Part shown: in pieces, positions 59,868-64,000 of the stretch
Layout: each line of letters opens with the position of its first letter
How positions within the stretch are numbered: the first letter of the stretch is position 1
Source: Candidatus Hodarchaeota archaeon
GTDB taxonomy: Archaea > Asgardarchaeota > Lokiarchaeia > Sigyniarchaeales > SOKP01
DNA: 64,000 nt
Reading direction: 5' to 3'
NCBI GenBank assembly: GCA_048886685.1
Contig: JBHLKM010000014.1
Coordinates: forward strand, 32,001 to 96,000
Notes under the pieces: generated by a model
Told to the model about the DNA's origin: nothing
Seen by the model: the letters and a program-made list of their open reading frames with translations, nothing else
Database searches by the model: none
Position numbers and translations under genes: made by a program

Positions 59868-60296
59868 ATGGTAGAAAACAATTTAGCAGCCCCATGTGGA
59901 ATATATTGTGGGATGTGCCGTCAATACCTTGCCTTGAAAAAGGAGTTATTAGAGGAAAAAGGTCTTAAATGGGGTTGTAAAGGTTGTCGAATCCGACATA
60001 AAAATTGTACTTTTATTAGAAGAGATTGTCCTTCACTAAGAAAAAATGAAATAGATTTTTGTTATGAGTGTGAAAAATTCACTTGCCAAAACTTAAAAAA
60101 AATAGAAAAAATATACAGAGAACGATATTCTGTAAATTTAATTGAAAATTTAAAAAGAATTAAAGAGATTGGAGTCGAAAAGTGGCTCCAAGAGCAAAAA
60201 GAGCTCTATACATGCCCCGAATGTGGGGGTGAAATTTGTATCCACGATGTAGAATGTTACGATTGTGGTAATAAAATTAATCCAAATATAAAATAA
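59868..60296 (+). CDS. DUF3795-like Cys-rich protein
   Basis: APCGIYCGMC, CKGCR, FCYECEKF.C, CPECGG..CYDCG. Confidence 0.8.
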   Translation: MVENNLAAPCGIYCGMCRQYLALKKELLEEKGLKWGCKGCRIRHKNCTFIRRDCPSLRKNEIDFCYECEKFTCQNLKKIEKIYRERYSVNLIENLKRIKEIGVEKWLQEQKELYTCPECGGEICIHDVECYDCGNKINPNIK

Positions 60297-60312
60297 AGGG
60301 AATGAAGAGTAA

Positions 60313-60984
60313 ATGACTGAAGAAATATTAAAAGAACTAGATGCTGATGGGCTTCGATCAGTTTTTCTCAGATATACAAGAAAAGCATTTGAAAGTATTC
60401 CTGAGATTGACAAACCTCGTATACTTGACATTGGATGTGGTACCGGAATGCCCACATTAGAGTTGGCAAGGTTAAGTAATGGTGAGATAACTGGAATTGA
60501 CATTGACCAGGGATTTTTGGATAAATTAAATCTTAAGATTAAAGAAAAAGGTCTTTCAGACAGGATAGAAGTGTATAATCGTTCAGTATACGACACTAAA
60601 TTTGAGGATGAAACGTTTGATATCATTTGGGAGGAAGGAGTCATACATTTGCTTGATCTCAAGAAAGCCTTAACAGAATGTAATAGGATTTTAAAACTAA
60701 ATGGGTTTATGATTTCAGGTGAAGCAACTAACTGGGCAGATCAGAAGCTCAAACATTTTCCTAATTTTGGCTTTAAACTTTTCAAACAAATACCATGGGA
60801 GAAAGAATGTTGGTGGACTGAATATTATGCCCCATTGGAAAAGAAAATTAATCAGTTAAGCAAGAAATATGATAACCTAGAAAAAATTAAAGAAATTCAA
60901 CGCCATGTAACGGAAATAGAGATGGTTAAAAAAAATCCTGCGGGATTTGATTGTATAACTTATATAATGCAAAAAATCAAATAG
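60313..60984 (+). CDS. Class I SAM-dependent methyltransferase
   Basis: ILDIGCGTG, GIDID, FDIIWEEG. Confidence 0.92.
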   Translation: MTEEILKELDADGLRSVFLRYTRKAFESIPEIDKPRILDIGCGTGMPTLELARLSNGEITGIDIDQGFLDKLNLKIKEKGLSDRIEVYNRSVYDTKFEDETFDIIWEEGVIHLLDLKKALTECNRILKLNGFMISGEATNWADQKLKHFPNFGFKLFKQIPWEKECWWTEYYAPLEKKINQLSKKYDNLEKIKEIQRHVTEIEMVKKNPAGFDCITYIMQKIK

Positions 60985-61004
60985 AGAAAGAAATGAGTTA
61001 AAGA

Positions 61005-63503
61005 ATGGATGAAATTAAAGTTATTGGAGCAAGGATCCATAATCTTAAAAATATTAATGTTAATATCCCTAAGGGAAAAATAATCCTTATTACGGGAGTC
61101 TCAGGCTCGGGTAAATCTAGTTTAGCATTCGATATTATATTTGATGAAGGAATGAATAGATATCTTCAATCAATTGGCTTTCCCCCTAAATTTGAGGATG
61201 AAAAACCGTTTGATATGATTGAAGGATTAAGCCCAACGGTTGCAGTGGAGCAGAGAACCACACGAATCTTTAATCCTCGTTCTACTGTTGGAACAAAAAC
61301 AGGAATTTATGGGCTACTAAGAATGCTCTATGCTACTGAAGGTGTATTGATCTGTCCTATTTGTAAAGAGCCTGTTAATGAAAATTTGGAATGTGATATA
61401 TGCGGTATGGTCATAGAAAGAAAGCAAATTAAACATTTCTCATTTAATGAGCCCTCCGGCATGTGTCTGAATTGTAAAGGGAGAGGCTATACATTACATA
61501 TTACCGAAGAGATGATAGTTCAGGATTATAATCGAAATCTCATACAGATCACTAAAGCAGGTTCAGCAGTTTTCGCGGATCAAATTCGATTTGTTGAGCA
61601 ATTACCAAGCTTCTATAATTTTAATATTAACACACCTTTTAAGGATTTGCCTGAAGATGTTAAACAAGTCTTTCTATATGGGAGTGGGAAAAAACTTAAG
61701 TTTCAGTGGGAATCTAAAACTTTTAGTGGAGAATTGGAACGTGTGTTTGAAGGAATTATTCCACATATTAAAAGAGCTTTAATTGAAAGTAAGAGTGCAT
61801 ATAGAAGAAATAAAATCCATAAAAATTTCATGGCAAAACAAAAATGTGAGGAATGTGAAGGATATAGAATAAATGATCAAGCGAAAGAGATAAAAATTGG
61901 AGATAAACACATAGGAGAACTCGCAATGATGACTATTGATGAATTGATAGATTTCTTAGAAAATATGGATGAAGGGCATGTAAAAAGCCCTCAGGGTAAA
62001 TCAATGTTAGATAGTTTATTAGAAAGTTTAAAAAGGATGATTAATGTTGGTCTTTCTTATCTACACCTACATCGTTCCTTACCTACATTGAGTGGTGGGG
62101 AACTTCAGCGATTAGCTCTCATGACTCATTTAGATAGTGGTCTTGACTCGCTTATTTATATATTAGATGAACCCAGTATGAGTTTACATGAAAGAGAAAA
62201 GGAATCATTAATTAAAATATTAAAAAAGCTGAGAGATTTAGGAAATACAGTCATAATTGTTGAGCATGATAAGCATTTTATAAATATTGCTGATGAAATA
62301 ATCGATATTGGTCCAGGTGCAGGTGCGAATGGTGGTGAAATAGTATATCAAGGTTCACTTGGGGGGATCCAAAAAGTAGAAGAGTCATACACCGGTCAAT
62401 TTTTAGCTGGAAATATTAAATTACCTGAAAAATCGATTGAAGACCGCAAAAAAATTGATCAAGATACTAAATTCCTAACAATTAGAAGTGCTAAAACAAA
62501 TAACCTAAAGAATATTGAGGTAAAAATTCCATTGGGAATGATGATAGGGATTGCTGGTCTTTCTGGATCTGGGAAAAGTTCTCTCATATTAGATACTCTC
62601 GTTCCATTAATAACACCTTATTTCAAGAGGGGTGCCGATTTACCACAAAAGAAAACTGATAACAATGAGGACAGTGAGGAAAATGCAGAGGATCTTCTAG
62701 AATATTCTGGTGTTATAGAAGGATGGGATAATATTGATGGGATTATTGTAGTTAATCAAAAACCAATCTCTAGGGTAAGAACTTCCACACCTTGTTCTTT
62801 TATTAGTATCTGGGATAAAATACGGAATTTATTTGCAAAAACACAAGAAGCAAAGAAGAGAAAATACAAAGCAGGACATTTTTCTTATAATTCTGAAAGT
62901 GGGAGGTGCCCTTCTTGTAAAGGTACTGGTGAAACAGATCTACAAATATCATTTCTTAGCAGTTTTACAATCCCTTGTAGAGAATGTAAAGGTTTGAGGT
63001 ATAAACCAGAAATCTTGGAGGTGACTTATAAAGGTAAAACAATTTCAGAGGTGTTAGGTATGACGGTAAGTGAAGCATTAGGCTTTTTTAAATCTCAACC
63101 TAATATATCGAAAGTGCTAAAAATTCTTGATAAGATTGGCATGGGTTATATCACACTTGGACAGTCTGCTCCAACATTAAGTGGTGGTGAAGCACAACGA
63201 GTTAAGTTAGCAAAAGAATTAGGAAAAGCGCGTAAAGGAAATTACTTATATATCTTGGACGAACCTACAGTTGGTTTATCTTTCTACGATGCGGTAAAAC
63301 TAATGGAGTTGCTTGAACAATTGGTACAAGAAGGAAATAGTGTAATCATCATTGAACATGATCCAGATATTCTTGAATACACAGACTATATAATAGAATT
63401 AGGTCCAGAGGGAGGCCCAAAAGGAGGAGAAGTAATTGCGATTGGAACTCCCGAAGAAATTAAAAAAAATAAAAATTCTAAAACGGGTATTTATTTAAAT
63501 TAA
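61005..63503 (+). CDS. UvrA-like ABC ATPase lacking the UvrB-binding domain (UvrA2/DrrC-like)
   Basis: GARIHNLKN, two Walker A motifs (GxSGSGKS), two LSGGE signatures, Zn-binding CxxC pairs; 832 aa. Confidence 0.9.
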   Translation: MDEIKVIGARIHNLKNINVNIPKGKIILITGVSGSGKSSLAFDIIFDEGMNRYLQSIGFPPKFEDEKPFDMIEGLSPTVAVEQRTTRIFNPRSTVGTKTGIYGLLRMLYATEGVLICPICKEPVNENLECDICGMVIERKQIKHFSFNEPSGMCLNCKGRGYTLHITEEMIVQDYNRNLIQITKAGSAVFADQIRFVEQLPSFYNFNINTPFKDLPEDVKQVFLYGSGKKLKFQWESKTFSGELERVFEGIIPHIKRALIESKSAYRRNKIHKNFMAKQKCEECEGYRINDQAKEIKIGDKHIGELAMMTIDELIDFLENMDEGHVKSPQGKSMLDSLLESLKRMINVGLSYLHLHRSLPTLSGGELQRLALMTHLDSGLDSLIYILDEPSMSLHEREKESLIKILKKLRDLGNTVIIVEHDKHFINIADEIIDIGPGAGANGGEIVYQGSLGGIQKVEESYTGQFLAGNIKLPEKSIEDRKKIDQDTKFLTIRSAKTNNLKNIEVKIPLGMMIGIAGLSGSGKSSLILDTLVPLITPYFKRGADLPQKKTDNNEDSEENAEDLLEYSGVIEGWDNIDGIIVVNQKPISRVRTSTPCSFISIWDKIRNLFAKTQEAKKRKYKAGHFSYNSESGRCPSCKGTGETDLQISFLSSFTIPCRECKGLRYKPEILEVTYKGKTISEVLGMTVSEALGFFKSQPNISKVLKILDKIGMGYITLGQSAPTLSGGEAQRVKLAKELGKARKGNYLYILDEPTVGLSFYDAVKLMELLEQLVQEGNSVIIIEHDPDILEYTDYIIELGPEGGPKGGEVIAIGTPEEIKKNKNSKTGIYLN

Positions 63504-63588
63504 AATTTATGTATTTTGAATAACATTTAAGGTAATATCATTAAAAATTAGCAAGATAGAAAAATCGTTTTAGGAAATATTGATTTCG

Positions 63589-64000
63589 ATGCAAATAAAG
63601 ATTAAAGGAGCAAGAGAAAATAACTTAAAGAATATCGATGTAACATTTACTGATGGGTTAACTGTTGTTACTGGAATTTCTGGCTCAGGAAAATCATCTC
63701 TTGTTTTCGATACATTATATCATGAGTCCAATCGTCGATTAATAGAATTATTCGGTTATAGTCGTAAATGGTCAGCTCAGAGATCTTCTTATAAACTTGC
63801 TCCTGCTAAGGTTGGATCGATAATCGGGTTAGGACCCGCAGTTGCTGTAGGTCAAAATTTACTTAATAGAAATCCAAATTCTACATTAGCTACGGCATCA
63901 GGGTTACACCCTTTATTTAGATTACTCTATGCAAGGTTTGGGGTAAGAAAGTGCCCTAAATGCGGGGCCAATATAACCATCCTTACTCAAGATGAAATAA
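63589..64000 (+). CDS. Second UvrA-like ATPase, 5' part (runs off the window; not in ORF track)
   Basis: MQIKIKGARENNLKNIDV..TGISGSGKSSLVFDTLY..NPNSTLAT..RLLYARFG..CPKCG. Confidence 0.9.
   Translation, partial: MQIKIKGARENNLKNIDVTFTDGLTVVTGISGSGKSSLVFDTLYHESNRRLIELFGYSRKWSAQRSSYKLAPAKVGSIIGLGPAVAVGQNLLNRNPNSTLATASGLHPLFRLLYARFGVRKCPKCGANITILTQDEI

Noticed and set aside
1036-61782. Many 60-170 aa ORFs in the track that lie antisense to or inside longer genes (e.g. 3976, 4792, 8992, 16071, 33767, 51064, 60150)
   Set aside because: Shadow frames of well-supported genes, with no motifs
1-64000. tRNA, rRNA, CRISPR arrays, IS elements, replication origin
   Set aside because: No cloverleaf-like GC-rich segment, regular repeat-spacer array, transposase or ORB-like repeats were visible by eye

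Overview
AT-rich, gene-dense archaeal chromosomal segment. The gene content suggests an Asgard archaeon, most likely Lokiarchaeia (inference): a TFB paralogue, bacterial-type grpE-dnaK-dnaJ, paralogous FATP-like acyl-CoA synthetases, SCP2, thiolase, acyl-CoA dehydrogenase, an LRR protein and several small CxxC zinc-finger genes. About 60 CDS are supported, mostly lipid and redox metabolism, chaperones, transport and detoxification. I saw no tRNA, rRNA, CRISPR array, transposase or integrase. Best leads: (1) a wHTH-BpsA-AdoMetDC (SpeD) fusion, a possible self-supplying branched-polyamine synthase, with a perfect palindrome over its start codon; (2) two unannotated paralogous 46-aa micro-genes (37/46 identical, 10 synonymous codon changes) that flank an LRR gene, with the first divergent from an AbrB-PhoU regulator across TTTATAC repeats; (3) a PadR / BtrH-like / DUF3795 / methyltransferase / tandem UvrA-like operon that looks like a resistance module; (4) a receiver domain fused to a possible longin/uDENN-like domain; (5) several unannotated zinc-finger micro-ORFs, an orphan SLATT-like gene, an Fpg/Nei homologue with altered catalytic positions and a gene interrupted by two in-frame TAA codons. 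All family calls are by-eye motif recognition; no database search was run.
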